64,000 nucleotides of DNA from the sequence record OK570375. One strand, given 5' to 3'. The translations under genes were made by a program, and so were the position numbers. This DNA comes from Escherichia phage UoN_LDJ77_1. This document shows, one piece after another, positions 10,815-20,782 of this stretch (its first letter is position 1; each line of letters begins with the position of its first letter). Below the pieces are notes generated by a model. It searched no databases and was not told the origin of the DNA. It saw nothing but the letters and a program-made list of their open reading frames with translations.

Positions 10815-11933
10815 ATGGAAAAATTTATGGCAGAGTTTGGACAAGGATATGTCCAAACGCCATTTTTATCGGAAAGCAATTCAGTAAGATATAAAATAAG
10901 TATAGCGGGTTCTTGCCCGCTTTCTACTGCAGAAGGACCATACGTTAAATTTCAGGATAATCCTGTAGGAAGTCAAACATTTAGCGCAGGCCTTCATTTA
11001 AGAGTTTTTGACCCTTCCACCGGAGCATTAGTTGATAGTAAGTCATATGCTTTTTCGACTTCAAATGATACTACATCAGCTGCCTTTGTTAGTTTCATGA
11101 ATTCTTTGATGAATAATCGAATTGTTGCTATATTAACTAACGGAAAGGTTAATTTTCCTCCTGAAGTAGCATCTTGGCTAAGAGCCGCGGGAACGTCTGC
11201 TTTTCCATCTGACTCTGTATTGTCAAGATTCGACGTATCATATGCTGCTTTTTATACTTCTTCTAAAAGAGCTATCGCATTAGAGCATGTTAAATTAAGT
11301 AATAGAAAAAGCACAGATGATTATCAAACTGTTTTAGATGTTGTATTTGACAGTTTAGAAGACGTCGGAGCTACCGGGTTTCCAAGAAGAACATATGAAA
11401 GCGTTGAGCAGTTTATGTCAGCGGTTGGTGGAACTAATAACGAAATTGCACGTCTACCAACTTCAGCTGCTATAAGTAAATTATCTGATTATAATTTAAT
11501 TCCAGGCGATGTTCTTTATCTTAAAGCACAACTATATGCTGATGCCGATTTACTTGCTCTTGGAACTACGAATATATCCATTAGATTTTATAATGAATCG
11601 GATGGATATATTTCTTCAACACATGCTGAGTTTACTGGTCAAGCTGGGTCATGGGAATTAAAGGAAGATTATGTAGTTGTTCCTGAAAATGCGGTAGGAT
11701 TTACGATATATGCGCAAAGAACTGCCCAAGCAGGTCAAGGAGGCATGAGAAATTTAAGCTTTTCTGAAGTATCAAGAAATGGCGGCATTTCAAAACCTGC
11801 TGAATTTGGCGTCAACGGTATTCGCGTTAATTATGTCTGTGAATCTGCTTCGCCTCCAGATATAATGGTACTTCCTACACAAGCATCGTCTAAAACTGGT
11901 AAAGTGTTTGGACAAGAATTTAGAGAAGTTTAA
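10815..11933 (+). CDS. 35: long tail fibre hinge protein gp35
   Basis: 372 aa; immediately after gene 34. Confidence 0.9.
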   Translation: MEKFMAEFGQGYVQTPFLSESNSVRYKISIAGSCPLSTAEGPYVKFQDNPVGSQTFSAGLHLRVFDPSTGALVDSKSYAFSTSNDTTSAAFVSFMNSLMNNRIVAILTNGKVNFPPEVASWLRAAGTSAFPSDSVLSRFDVSYAAFYTSSKRAIALEHVKLSNRKSTDDYQTVLDVVFDSLEDVGATGFPRRTYESVEQFMSAVGGTNNEIARLPTSAAISKLSDYNLIPGDVLYLKAQLYADADLLALGTTNISIRFYNESDGYISSTHAEFTGQAGSWELKEDYVVVPENAVGFTIYAQRTAQAGQGGMRNLSFSEVSRNGGISKPAEFGVNGIRVNYVCESASPPDIMVLPTQASSKTGKVFGQEFREV

Positions 11934-11936
11934 ATT

Positions 11937-11965
11937 GAGGGAGCCTTCGGGTTCCCTTTTTCTTT
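11937..11965 (+). terminator. intrinsic terminator or attenuator between genes 35 and 36
   Basis: GGGAGCC-UUCG-GGUUCCC hairpin then UUUUUCUUU on plus strand. Confidence 0.6.
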
Positions 11966-11972
11966 ATAAATA
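11965..11972 (+). promoter_or_regulatory. late promoter (TATAAATA) for gene 36
   Basis: Exact TATAAATA between the gene 35 terminator hairpin and gene 36. Confidence 0.7.
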
Positions 11973-11995
11973 CTATTAAAATAAAGGGGCATACA

Positions 11996-12652
11996 ATGGC
12001 TGATTTAAAAGTAGGTTCAACAACAGGAGGCTCTGTCATTTGGCATCAAGGAAATTTTCCATTGAATCCAGCCGGTGACGATGTACTCTATAAATCATTT
12101 AAAATATATTCAGAATACAATAAACCACAAGCTGCAGATAACGATTTCGTTTCTAAAGCTAATGGTGGTACTTATTTAAATAAAGTAATTTTTAATAAAG
12201 GAATGACTGTTCCCGGCGCGGGGTCAGGTGATAATGGTATTTTTGCTGGTCCTGGTGATAGTGCCACGTATGATACTACAAATATGGATATTGTTTCGTG
12301 GTATGGTATTGGTTTTAAATCATCACAGGGTTCAGCGGGTAGAACTGTAGTAATTAACACGCGAAATGGAGATATTAGCTCAAAGGGTGTAATTGAAGCA
12401 TCACAAATACGCGCAACTTCATTATCTCCAGTAAATAATTATGACCTTACACGGAAAGATTATGTTGATGGAGCAATAAATATTGTTACAGCAAACGCAA
12501 ACTCTAGGGTATTACGCTCTGGAGACACTATGACAGGAAATTTAACTGCGCCAAACCTTTTTTCACAGAATCCTGCATCTCAACCCTCACATGTTCCACG
12601 ATTTGATCAAATTGTTATTAAGGATTCTGTTCAAGATTTCGGCTATTATTAA
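11996..12652 (+). CDS. 36: long tail fibre distal connector gp36
   Basis: 218 aa; late promoter at 11965-11972. Confidence 0.9.
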   Translation: MADLKVGSTTGGSVIWHQGNFPLNPAGDDVLYKSFKIYSEYNKPQAADNDFVSKANGGTYLNKVIFNKGMTVPGAGSGDNGIFAGPGDSATYDTTNMDIVSWYGIGFKSSQGSAGRTVVINTRNGDISSKGVIEASQIRATSLSPVNNYDLTRKDYVDGAINIVTANANSRVLRSGDTMTGNLTAPNLFSQNPASQPSHVPRFDQIVIKDSVQDFGYY

Positions 12653-12660
12653 GAGGACTT

Positions 12661-15600
12661 ATGGCTACTTTAAAACAAATACAATTTAAAAGAAGCAAAA
12701 CTGCAGGAGCACGTCCTGCCGCTTCAGTATTAGCCGAAGGTGAATTGGCTATAAACTTAAAAGACCGTGTACTTTTTACTAAAGATGACCAAGGAAATAT
12801 TATTGATCTTGGTTTTGCTAAGGGCGGTAGTATTGACGGGAATGTTATTCATATAGGAAATTATAATCAAACTGGTGATTATACTTTAAATGGCACCTTC
12901 ACTCAGACAGGTAATTTTAATTTAACTGGTATTGCTCGAGTAACTCGCGATATTATTGCCGCCGGGCAAATTATGACTGAGGGCGGAGAACTTATTACAA
13001 AAAGCTCAGGTACATCACATGTTCGTTTTTTCGATAACAATAGCCGCGAACGTGGAATCATTTATGCCCCGGCTAATGATGGTTTAACTACACAAGTACT
13101 TAATATCAGGGTTCAAGACTACGCCGCTGGTGATGAAAGCACCTATGCATTTTCGGGCAGTGGCCTATTTACTTCACCTGAAGTATCAGCATGGAAATCT
13201 ATTTCGTCTCCACAAATTCTGACCGATAAAGTTATTACAAATGGGAAGAAGACAGGCGATTATGATATCTATTCATTATCAAATAACACTCCATTGGCAG
13301 AAAGCGAAACGGCTATTAACCACCTCCGTGTTATGCGAAATGCTGTAGGAGCAGGTATTTTCCACGAAGTTAATGTTAATGACGGAATAACCTGGTATTC
13401 CGGAGATGGCTTAGACACTTATCTTTGGTCGTTTACCTGGTCCGGTGGGTTGAAAGCGGGTCATTCTATTTCTATAGGTACCCCAGGCGGTCCAAAAGGA
13501 TATTCTGAATTAGGAACTGCTTCGATTACTCTTGGTGATAATGACACCGGGTTAAAATGGCATCAGGACGGATATTATTTCAGCGTTAATAATGGAACAA
13601 AAACATTTTTATTTAGTCCTAGTGAAACAACTAGTCTAAGAAAATTTGTAGCTGGATATTCTACTAACGGAACCGATTTAACGACTCCTCCAACTGAAAA
13701 CTATGCTCTTGCTACTGTCGTGACATATCACGATAATAACGCGTTTGGAGATGGTCAGACTCTTTTAGGATATTATCAAGGCGGTAATTATCATCACTAT
13801 TTCCGCGGTAAAGGTACTACAAACATTAATACTCACGGCGGTTTGTTAGTTACTCCTGGTAATATTGACGTTATTGGTGGTTCTGTTAATATCGATGGTA
13901 GAAATAATGCTTCTACACTGATGTTTAGAGGTAACACGACCGGAGCTAGTTCAGTTGATAATATGACAATTTCTGTGTGGGGCAATACGTTTACTAATCC
14001 TAGTGTAGGTAATCGTAAAAACGTCATGGAAATTTCTGATGCAACTAGTTGGATGAGCTATATTCAAAGACTTACAACAGGTGAAGTAGAAATGAACGTT
14101 AACGGTTCATTTGAATCATCTGGTGTTACTGCTGGAAATAGAGGAGTTCACACAACAGGCGAAATTTCATCTGGGGCTGTGAATGCACTTCGCATTTGGA
14201 ATGCAGATTATGGAGCCATTTTTAGACGTTCAGAAGGTAGTCTTCATATTATTCCAACTGCTTATGGTGAAGGCAAAAATGGTGATATCGGTCCACTTCG
14301 CCCGTTTAGTATGGCTTTAGATACCGGTAAAGTTACTATTCCAGATTTACAATCAAGTTATAACACGTTTGCTGCAAATGGCTACATTAAATTTGCTGGT
14401 CATGGGGCTGGTGCCGGTGGTTATGATATTCAGTATTCACAAGCTGCTCCTATTTTCCAAGAAATCGATGATGCTGCTGTAAGCAAATATTATCCTATTG
14501 TTAAACAGAAGTTTTTAAACGGTAAAGCCGTTTGGTCTTTAGGTACTGAAATTAATTCAGGTACTTTTGTTTTACATCATTTGAAAGAAGATGGTTCACA
14601 AGGCCATACATCAAGATTTAATGCTGATGGTACAGTTAATTTCCCCGATAACGTTCAGGTCGGCGGCGGTGAAGCTACTATTGCTCGTAATGGTAATATT
14701 TTCTCAGATATTTGGAAATCGTTTACTTCTGCGGGAGAAATCACAAATATTCGCGATGCAATAGCTACTCGTGTTTCTAAAGAAGGCGACACGATGACTG
14801 GTAAATTGACTTTATCGGCAGGCAATGATGCTCTCATTTTAACTGCGGGCGAAGGTGCTTCATCACATATCCGTAGTGATGTAGGTGGTACAGGTAACTG
14901 GTATATAGGCAAAGGCGGCGGCGACAATGGTCTAGGTTTTTATAGTTACATTACACAAGGCGGTGTATACATAACAAATAACGGCGAAATATCGCTTTCT
15001 CCTCAAGGTCAAGGAACATTTAATTTTAATAGAGACCGCCTTCATATAAACGGTACACAATGGGTTGCGCACCAAGCTGGTGATTGGGGAAACCAATGGC
15101 GACAAGAAGCGCCAATATTTGTAGATTTTGGCAATGTCGGTAATGATAGTTATTACCCGATTATCAAAGGAAAATCTGGTATTACTAATGAAGGATACAT
15201 ATCTGGTGTTGATTTTGGTATGCGACGCACTACTAACCAATGGGCTCAGGCTATTATCCGTGTTGGTAACCAGGAAAATGGTTCTGACCCACAAGCTATC
15301 TATGAATTTCACCACAATGGAGTTCTGTATGCTCCTAATATGGTTCAAGCTGGAGCAAGATTATCAGCTGGTGGAGGTGATCCGGTATGGCAAGGCGCAT
15401 GCGTTGTTATTGGTGATAATGATACTGGATTAGTTCATGGCGGTGATGGACGAATTAACATGGTTGCAAATGGAATGCATATTGCTTCATGGTCTTCATC
15501 CCATCATGAACACACTGGGCTTTGGGGTACCGACGGCGCGTTTTGGACTGAAACCGGAAGAGCTATTATTTCATTTGGACATTTAATTCAACAGAATGAC

Positions 15601-15972
15601 AGTTATTCAACATATGTCCGCGATGTTTATGTCCGCTCTGATATTCGTGTCAAAAAGGACCTAGTTAAATTTGAAAATGCTTCTGAGAAGCTTTCAAAAA
15701 TTAACGGTTACACTTATATGCAGAAGCGAGGCCTAGATGAAGAAGGTAATCAAAAATGGGAACCTAACGCAGGTTTAATTGCTCAAGAAGTTCAAGCTAT
15801 TTTGCCAGAATTAGTTGAAGGTGACCCGGATGGTGAAGCTTTACTTCGTTTGAATTACAACGGTGTAATCGGTTTAAATACAGCTGCAATCAATGAGCAT
15901 ACTGCAGAAATTGCAGAACTTAAGTCAGAGATTGAAGAGCTTAAAAAGTTAGTCAAATCATTGTTAAAATAA
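12661..15972 (+). CDS. 37: long tail fibre distal subunit gp37 with C-terminal intramolecular chaperone-like domain
   Basis: 1103 aa; Gly/Asn/Thr-rich fibre repeats; C-terminal coiled-coil tail (...[22 protein letters not shown]) as in processed T2-type gp37. Confidence 0.9.
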   Translation: MATLKQIQFKRSKTAGARPAASVLAEGELAINLKDRVLFTKDDQGNIIDLGFAKGGSIDGNVIHIGNYNQTGDYTLNGTFTQTGNFNLTGIARVTRDIIAAGQIMTEGGELITKSSGTSHVRFFDNNSRERGIIYAPANDGLTTQVLNIRVQDYAAGDESTYAFSGSGLFTSPEVSAWKSISSPQILTDKVITNGKKTGDYDIYSLSNNTPLAESETAINHLRVMRNAVGAGIFHEVNVNDGITWYSGDGLDTYLWSFTWSGGLKAGHSISIGTPGGPKGYSELGTASITLGDNDTGLKWHQDGYYFSVNNGTKTFLFSPSETTSLRKFVAGYSTNGTDLTTPPTENYALATVVTYHDNNAFGDGQTLLGYYQGGNYHHYFRGKGTTNINTHGGLLVTPGNIDVIGGSVNIDGRNNASTLMFRGNTTGASSVDNMTISVWGNTFTNPSVGNRKNVMEISDATSWMSYIQRLTTGEVEMNVNGSFESSGVTAGNRGVHTTGEISSGAVNALRIWNADYGAIFRRSEGSLHIIPTAYGEGKNGDIGPLRPFSMALDTGKVTIPDLQSSYNTFAANGYIKFAGHGAGAGGYDIQYSQAAPIFQEIDDAAVSKYYPIVKQKFLNGKAVWSLGTEINSGTFVLHHLKEDGSQGHTSRFNADGTVNFPDNVQVGGGEATIARNGNIFSDIWKSFTSAGEITNIRDAIATRVSKEGDTMTGKLTLSAGNDALILTAGEGASSHIRSDVGGTGNWYIGKGGGDNGLGFYSYITQGGVYITNNGEISLSPQGQGTFNFNRDRLHINGTQWVAHQAGDWGNQWRQEAPIFVDFGNVGNDSYYPIIKGKSGITNEGYISGVDFGMRRTTNQWAQAIIRVGNQENGSDPQAIYEFHHNGVLYAPNMVQAGARLSAGGGDPVWQGACVVIGDNDTGLVHGGDGRINMVANGMHIASWSSSHHEHTGLWGTDGAFWTETGRAIISFGHLIQQNDSYSTYVRDVYVRSDIRVKKDLVKFENASEKLSKINGYTYMQKRGLDEEGNQKWEPNAGLIAQEVQAILPELVEGDPDGEALLRLNYNGVIGLNTAAINEHTAEIAELKSEIEELKKLVKSLLK

Positions 15973-15974
15973 TA

Positions 15975-15993
15975 AGAGGGGCTTCGGCCCCTT
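15975..15993 (+). other. GGGGC-UUCG-GCCCC hairpin between genes 37 and 38
   Basis: Tetraloop hairpin abutting the gp38 SD; weak U-run, so more likely an RNA stability or processing element. Confidence 0.4.
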
Positions 15994-16003
15994 GGAGGTT
16001 TAT

Positions 16004-16777
16004 ATGGCAGTTGAAGGACCGTGGGTAGGATGGTCTGCGAGGGTACAAACTGGAGACCCTTGGATGGGTGGTGCCGCACAGAGATTGAGAATGGGAATTC
16101 CGTTTTGGATGAGTAATATGATAGGTCGATCTGTTGAAGTAATTCACACACTTGGAGCAGACCATAACTTCAATGGTCAATGGTTCCGAGATAGATGTTT
16201 TGAGGCAGGTAGTACACCTATAGTGTTTAATATCACTGGAGATTTAGTATCATATTCTAAAGATGTTCCTTTATTCTTCATGTACGGAGATACACCGAAT
16301 GAATATGTTCAACTGAATATACATGGTGTAACGATGTATGGCCGTGGCGGGAATGGCGGTAGCAATAGTCCTGGCTCAGCTGGGGGTCATTGTATTCAAA
16401 ATGATATTGGTGGGAGACTAAGAATTAATAATGGTGGAGCTATTGCAGGCGGCGGTGGCGGTGGCGGCGGCGGTAACTACGGTAGACTATCATTTGGTGG
16501 TGGTGGTGGTCGCCCATTCGGTGCTGGCGGGTCTTCCTCTCATATGGGTGCTGGTGCAACCGCTGGCACCATTTCCGCTCCGGGTGCAGGATCTGTCGGT
16601 GAGGGGTCTCTTTGGGTATATACAGGCGGGAATGGCGGTGAAGTTGGCTCAGCAGGAGGTAGATGTAATATTCATGGGAACGGTACAGAATATAACGGTG
16701 GTGCTGCTGGTTATGCCGTCATAGGGTCTACACCGACATGGCAAAACGTTGGAGCAATATATGGTCCAAGAGTATAA
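16004..16777 (+). CDS. 38: receptor-recognising adhesin gp38 (T2 type, glycine-rich motifs)
   Basis: 257 aa from ATG after GGAGG SD (ORF-track start is TTG); several poly-Gly segments. Confidence 0.85.
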   Translation: MAVEGPWVGWSARVQTGDPWMGGAAQRLRMGIPFWMSNMIGRSVEVIHTLGADHNFNGQWFRDRCFEAGSTPIVFNITGDLVSYSKDVPLFFMYGDTPNEYVQLNIHGVTMYGRGGNGGSNSPGSAGGHCIQNDIGGRLRINNGGAIAGGGGGGGGGNYGRLSFGGGGGRPFGAGGSSSHMGAGATAGTISAPGAGSVGEGSLWVYTGGNGGEVGSAGGRCNIHGNGTEYNGGAAGYAVIGSTPTWQNVGAIYGPRV

Positions 16778-16807
16778 TTTGAATAAATATCCTTAAAAGG
16801 AGGGTCT

Positions 16808-17464
16808 ATGGCAGCACCTAGAATATCATTTTCGCCCTCTGATATTCTGTTGGGTGTTCTAGATCGCTTGTTCAAAGATAACGCTACCGGGAAGGTTCTT
16901 GCTTCCCGAGTAGCTGTCGTAATTCTTTTATTTATGATGGCGATTGTTTGGTATAGGGGAGATAGTTTCTTTGAGTACTATAAGCAATCAAAGTATGAAA
17001 CATACAGTGAAATTATTGAAAAGGAAAGAAATGCACGCTTTGAATCTGTCGCCCTGGAACAACTCCAGATAGTTCATATATCATCTGAGGCAGACTTTAG
17101 TGCGGTGTATTCTTTCCGCCCTAAAAACTTAAACTATTTTGTTGATATTATAGCATATGAAGGAAAATTACCTTCAACAATAAGCGAAAAATCACTTGGA
17201 GGATATCCTGTTGATAAAACTATGGATGAATATACAGTTCATTTAAATGGACGTCATTATTATTCCGACTCAAAATTTGCTTTTTTACCAACTAAAAAGC
17301 CTACTCCCGAAATAAATTACATGTACAGTTGTCCATATTTCAATTTGGATAATATCTATGCTGGAACAATAACCATGTACTGGTATAGAAATGATCATAT
17401 AAGTAATGACCGCCTTGAATCAATATGTTCTCAGGCGGCCAGAATATTAGGAAGGGCTAAATAA
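16808..17464 (+). CDS. t: holin T
   Basis: 218 aa; N-terminal TM segment with large C-terminal domain; position after gene 38. Confidence 0.92.
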   Translation: MAAPRISFSPSDILLGVLDRLFKDNATGKVLASRVAVVILLFMMAIVWYRGDSFFEYYKQSKYETYSEIIEKERNARFESVALEQLQIVHISSEADFSAVYSFRPKNLNYFVDIIAYEGKLPSTISEKSLGGYPVDKTMDEYTVHLNGRHYYSDSKFAFLPTKKPTPEINYMYSCPYFNLDNIYAGTITMYWYRNDHISNDRLESICSQAARILGRAK

Positions 17465-17737
17465 TTATTTGTTTGTATACATCTCTAGATATCGATATAC
17501 ACCCTCAAAACCCTCGTTGAATTCGTCGATGAGGGTTTTCTTATCTTCTTGGGTTAATTCAGAAACAATTTTACGGAATGAATTCTGATTTAACTTTCTA
17601 CCTTCATGCGTTACTCCAATCTCATTCAGAAATGCGATAAAATTAGCACGATTCTCAACAATATCTTCTCTGGAAAATTTAATCAAAATAGACGCAACAG
17701 TAATAATTTCACGAACTGTATCAATGTTTTTATTCAT
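17465..17737 (-). CDS. asiA: anti-sigma-70 factor AsiA
   Basis: 90 aa; sequence MNKNIDTVREIITVASIL... matches my recollection of AsiA; early promoter upstream. Confidence 0.92.
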   Translation of the reverse strand: MNKNIDTVREIITVASILIKFSREDIVENRANFIAFLNEIGVTHEGRKLNQNSFRKIVSELTQEDKKTLIDEFNEGFEGVYRYLEMYTNK

Positions 17738-17749
17738 TAACTATACCAC

Positions 17750-17902
17750 TCAATTAGTTGACTTTATTATAATATCATCAGACACTTGATTTGTAAACTG
17801 GTCTGTGTTATTTTCTTCAAAAATTTTTTCTACGAATTCCTTGAACGACTCACGTTCCTGAGCTACATTATGCTCGATTACCTTTTCAAGATTATGACTC
17901 AT
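17750..17902 (-). CDS. micro-ORF, 50 aa
   Basis: ATGA overlap with upstream ORF stop; contains the asiA promoter in its 3' part, so uncertain. Confidence 0.3.
   Translation of the reverse strand: MSHNLEKVIEHNVAQERESFKEFVEKIFEENNTDQFTNQVSDDIIIKSTN
17769..17798 (-). promoter_or_regulatory. early promoter for asiA
   Basis: GTTTAC, 18-nt spacer, TATTAT; about 30 nt before asiA ATG. Confidence 0.55.
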
Positions 17903-18177
17903 TCAAAATAATCTTCAATTTCGTAATCATGGACATAAATCATTATAGTTTTTAATACATCATCAATACTTTTTCCTGGAGCTGGAATTACGTAAAAATA
18001 TCCTGCTTTTGAGAGGTCTTTATAAGTTCCAACCAAGAAATCATTATTCTCAAGATGTAGTTCTTCAACTAATTCATTAACAATTGAGTGGTATAAATTT
18101 GGTAGAAACTTATATAGCTTTTCTAGAATATCAATTTTGATTGTGTATTGAACCACAGACTGAGAATCAATAATCAT
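17899..18177 (-). CDS. arn: probable Arn (anti-restriction nuclease, McrBC inhibitor), 92 aa
   Basis: 92 aa, acidic; first ORF after asiA; assignment by size and position only. Confidence 0.6.
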   Translation of the reverse strand: MIIDSQSVVQYTIKIDILEKLYKFLPNLYHSIVNELVEELHLENNDFLVGTYKDLSKAGYFYVIPAPGKSIDDVLKTIMIYVHDYEIEDYFE

Positions 18178-18260
18178 AGACCTTCCCCTTATGTTTCTGT
18201 TTGCGATTAGATTCTTTAAACGCTTTCTTCTTATCCTTATGAACAGAAGCTTTATTAAAA

Positions 18261-18479
18261 TTATGTTTTGCGACTAAATTGTTCATAGTGCTGAATTACC
18301 TCTCTTAAACATTTGCATGTGAATGAAAACTTTTTAGCTACACCACATTCAAATATATGTTCTCTTAAATCGCGTGTATCGGTATATCCCATCTCAACAA
18401 TAAAATGCCGTATTAGATTTTTATCTTTATCATTGAGAGAATTAAAATAATCAGATTTTGAATTAATTTCCCTGGCCAA
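18261..18479 (-). CDS. hypothetical protein, 72 aa
   Basis: ORF in the arn-motA early cluster. Confidence 0.5.
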   Translation of the reverse strand: MAREINSKSDYFNSLNDKDKNLIRHFIVEMGYTDTRDLREHIFECGVAKKFSFTCKCLREVIQHYEQFSRKT

Positions 18480-18759
18480 ATTGAATCACCTTCAGTTGAC
18501 GTTTTAACTCTTTTATCATTTCTTCGTTCATCGCAATATAAAGATCACGTAAAGCAGGTTTTAGCGTTCCATTTATTGGAGAACTAAATGGACATACATA
18601 ATCTTTTCCTACAAGCTTTTTGGCGAATTCCATATCGCAGAACTTAAATCCCGGCTCATTGGTATAAATTCCCCAATTAGTTGACATCATTTTATTAGCA
18701 TATTCCAGTGCCTGGATTTGATTCATAATTCCATCAATTTGAAACTTTTTAATATTCAT
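18463..18759 (-). CDS. hypothetical protein, 98 aa
   Basis: ORF in the arn-motA early cluster. Confidence 0.55.
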   Translation of the reverse strand: MNIKKFQIDGIMNQIQALEYANKMMSTNWGIYTNEPGFKFCDMEFAKKLVGKDYVCPFSSPINGTLKPALRDLYIAMNEEMIKELKRQLKVIQFGQGN

Positions 18760-19220
18760 TAGTAAAGGTCCTCAGAGTAAAGTTCTTTTTCATTACCACC
18801 ACGTTCAATACGTACTTGTCCAGCATAAGTTGCAATAATCATTGCTTCTTCACGTGTCCAATAATTACTATATTGGTCAATAAACCCTTGGTCATCATTA
18901 CAAACTTGTTGAGTAACTAATTGAGGTTTAACTACATCTAAAACTTCTGCCATATCTTTAGAATAATGACGAGCACCTGGAATAATAAGAGTTCGTCCAT
19001 CTTTTAATTTAAAACGGTTGGCTGCACAGACAATTCGTCGTTGATACTTTTGGTTTTCATCCCAATACACAGTCTGCCAACAGATTTCAGGAACTTCATC
19101 TAAAACATTTTGTTCTGTATATTCACCACCGTAAGAAGCTAATTTAGCAGCCAGACTTTCCGGAGTCTCACGCGACAAAGCTTTATCTAACAGAGCTAAA
19201 CGTTCTTTAAAAGTTTTCAT
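18759..19220 (-). CDS. hypothetical protein, 153 aa
   Basis: ORF; ATGA-type overlaps with both neighbours. Confidence 0.6.
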   Translation of the reverse strand: MKTFKERLALLDKALSRETPESLAAKLASYGGEYTEQNVLDEVPEICWQTVYWDENQKYQRRIVCAANRFKLKDGRTLIIPGARHYSKDMAEVLDVVKPQLVTQQVCNDDQGFIDQYSNYWTREEAMIIATYAGQVRIERGGNEKELYSEDLY

Positions 19221-19546
19221 TTAAACCATCCTTTAATACGTTGCCACAAAGTTTTCTGCTGAGCTTTGTTAACACCAATTGAACGAATAACCGGTTGAGA
19301 TTCCTGGAATTCTTTATAATCGGCAAGGTAAATTTCGTAAGCTGCATCCGTAAATGAACTTATCGCTGCCATGAAATTATTGCGAATACCTACTGGAGCA
19401 TCTTTACTTTCACGAATAATCATATATTTACCAGTCTTAATCTTTACAATAGTTCCAAGATAAGCTCCATGGTACCAAATATCCCAACCCTCTTGAGTAG
19501 GTTCTGCGCAACGACGAAGTTCATTAACGATTTCTAACTTGTTCAT
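19217..19546 (-). CDS. hypothetical protein, 109 aa
   Basis: ORF directly after motA. Confidence 0.6.
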   Translation of the reverse strand: MNKLEIVNELRRCAEPTQEGWDIWYHGAYLGTIVKIKTGKYMIIRESKDAPVGIRNNFMAAISSFTDAAYEIYLADYKEFQESQPVIRSIGVNKAQQKTLWQRIKGWFK

Positions 19547-19556
19547 TATTTATTCC

Positions 19557-20192
19557 TCACAGTTCAGATGCTACAGTGATTACAGCTTCAATGTTTTCTG
19601 CCGAGCGTTTAATGTCAAGATACACATTACCGTTTTTAGCGATTTTACATGACATTCCGATGTCAGTAAATTTCTGAATATGATGTTCCATCATTTTATA
19701 TCCAAAAATTCGCATATTTCCATTGTTGTTAATTTCAAAATTACGAATTCCGTGAGTACGTTTTTCTAAAATAGCGAGATAGTTACTACGATAAGTTTTA
19801 ACCTTTTTAAGAACAAATCCATTTTCATCTAAAAGTTTTAACATGAGGTCTTTATCTTCTTCCATATCGGAAGTAATCTCACGAGCTTTACGAGTTGCTC
19901 GTTTTTTCAGCAGTTCTGGAGCATTTTCCTGCGCGTATAAAGTTGCTGCATTTGAAATAATATCTTGAGCTTCACCAGTAATGATTAATCCATCACCAGA
20001 TTTCTCCACCAGGCCTTTTTTAATCAATACCCCAATATTACTATTAACTACTGCGTTACCTAAATCTGGATGCACCTCACGAACTTCTGCAGCTGTAATG
20101 AAATCTTTCTTAGCAATGGTAATTAAAATCGCAGCAGTTTTTTCATTCAGAACATCGTTAGAAGCTTTGATGATGTAAGTTACTTTAGACAT
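19557..20192 (-). CDS. motA: middle-transcription activator MotA
   Basis: 211 aa; position between 52 and asiA; early promoter at 20219-20248. Confidence 0.9.
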   Translation of the reverse strand: MSKVTYIIKASNDVLNEKTAAILITIAKKDFITAAEVREVHPDLGNAVVNSNIGVLIKKGLVEKSGDGLIITGEAQDIISNAATLYAQENAPELLKKRATRKAREITSDMEEDKDLMLKLLDENGFVLKKVKTYRSNYLAILEKRTHGIRNFEINNNGNMRIFGYKMMEHHIQKFTDIGMSCKIAKNGNVYLDIKRSAENIEAVITVASEL

Positions 20193-20218
20193 TTTGTTTC
20201 TCCGTAGTTGATAAGACT

Positions 20219-20248
20219 ATAATACCATAAGTTAAAGCAGAAGTAAAC
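20219..20248 (-). promoter_or_regulatory. early promoter for motA, with overlapping MotA-box-like element
   Basis: GTTTAC, 18-nt spacer, TATTAT; TGCTTTA inside the spacer. Confidence 0.55.
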
Positions 20249-20289
20249 TTTATTTTGAGCTCTTTTTCAAGAGCTCTGGTAAAAATTAC

Positions 20290-20505
20290 TTAGATTGATA
20301 GGTCTTTAATCTTAGCTATTAAAACAGCTTTTCCTTCACGAAGTTTTTCCAGTTTACGACCATTAGAGCCGCGAACTACTAAGGAATTTATCTCCACTTC
20401 CAACCAATTTAGTTTTTCAACTAGTTCTTTACGTTTAGCATTCATGCCGGGTTTAACTTTACCGAAACGGGTGGTAGTGTTTTGAGTATTTTTCATCTTA
20501 TTCAT
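20290..20505 (-). CDS. hypothetical basic protein, 71 aa
   Basis: ORF with early promoter at 20548-20577. Confidence 0.6.
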   Translation of the reverse strand: MNKMKNTQNTTTRFGKVKPGMNAKRKELVEKLNWLEVEINSLVVRGSNGRKLEKLREGKAVLIAKIKDLSI

Positions 20506-20547
20506 TTTAATCTCCAGTTATTTTTCTGTATCAGTGTTGATAGGGTA

Positions 20548-20577
20548 ATAGTACCATGGAATGCTTTGGTTGTAAAC
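20548..20577 (-). promoter_or_regulatory. early promoter
   Basis: GTTTAC, 18-nt spacer, TACTAT with conserved leader; upstream of the 71-aa ORF. Confidence 0.55.
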
Positions 20578-20597
20578 CGTTTTGTGAAAAAAATTTT

Positions 20598-20628
20598 AAA
20601 TAAAAAAGGGAGAGCCTCGGCTCTCCCT
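20598..20628 (-). terminator. intrinsic terminator after gene 52 and the 49-aa ORF
   Basis: GGGAGAGCC/GGCTCTCCC stem then UUUUUUAUUU. Confidence 0.75.
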
Positions 20629-20632
20629 AAAA

Positions 20633-20782
20633 TTACTGCATGACTGTGATAACTGTCATGATAACACGTTGAATTCCGAACGCAAGAAGACCTCCTGCTA
20701 CGGCTGGAACAACGCCTAAACCTGCCAGTAAAATGCTACCAGATACTAATGCAGCGCTTGTAATACCTATGAATGGACTCAT
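20633..20782 (-). CDS. micro-ORF, 49-aa membrane peptide
   Basis: ATGA overlap with gene 52 stop; hydrophobic; terminator directly after. Confidence 0.45.
   Translation of the reverse strand: MSPFIGITSAALVSGSILLAGLGVVPAVAGGLLAFGIQRVIMTVITVMQ

Noticed and set aside
16431-16724. Alternative-frame ORF across the gp38 Gly-rich region
   Set aside because: Artefact of the GGC/GGT repeat; the gp38 frame has the SD and the expected architecture.
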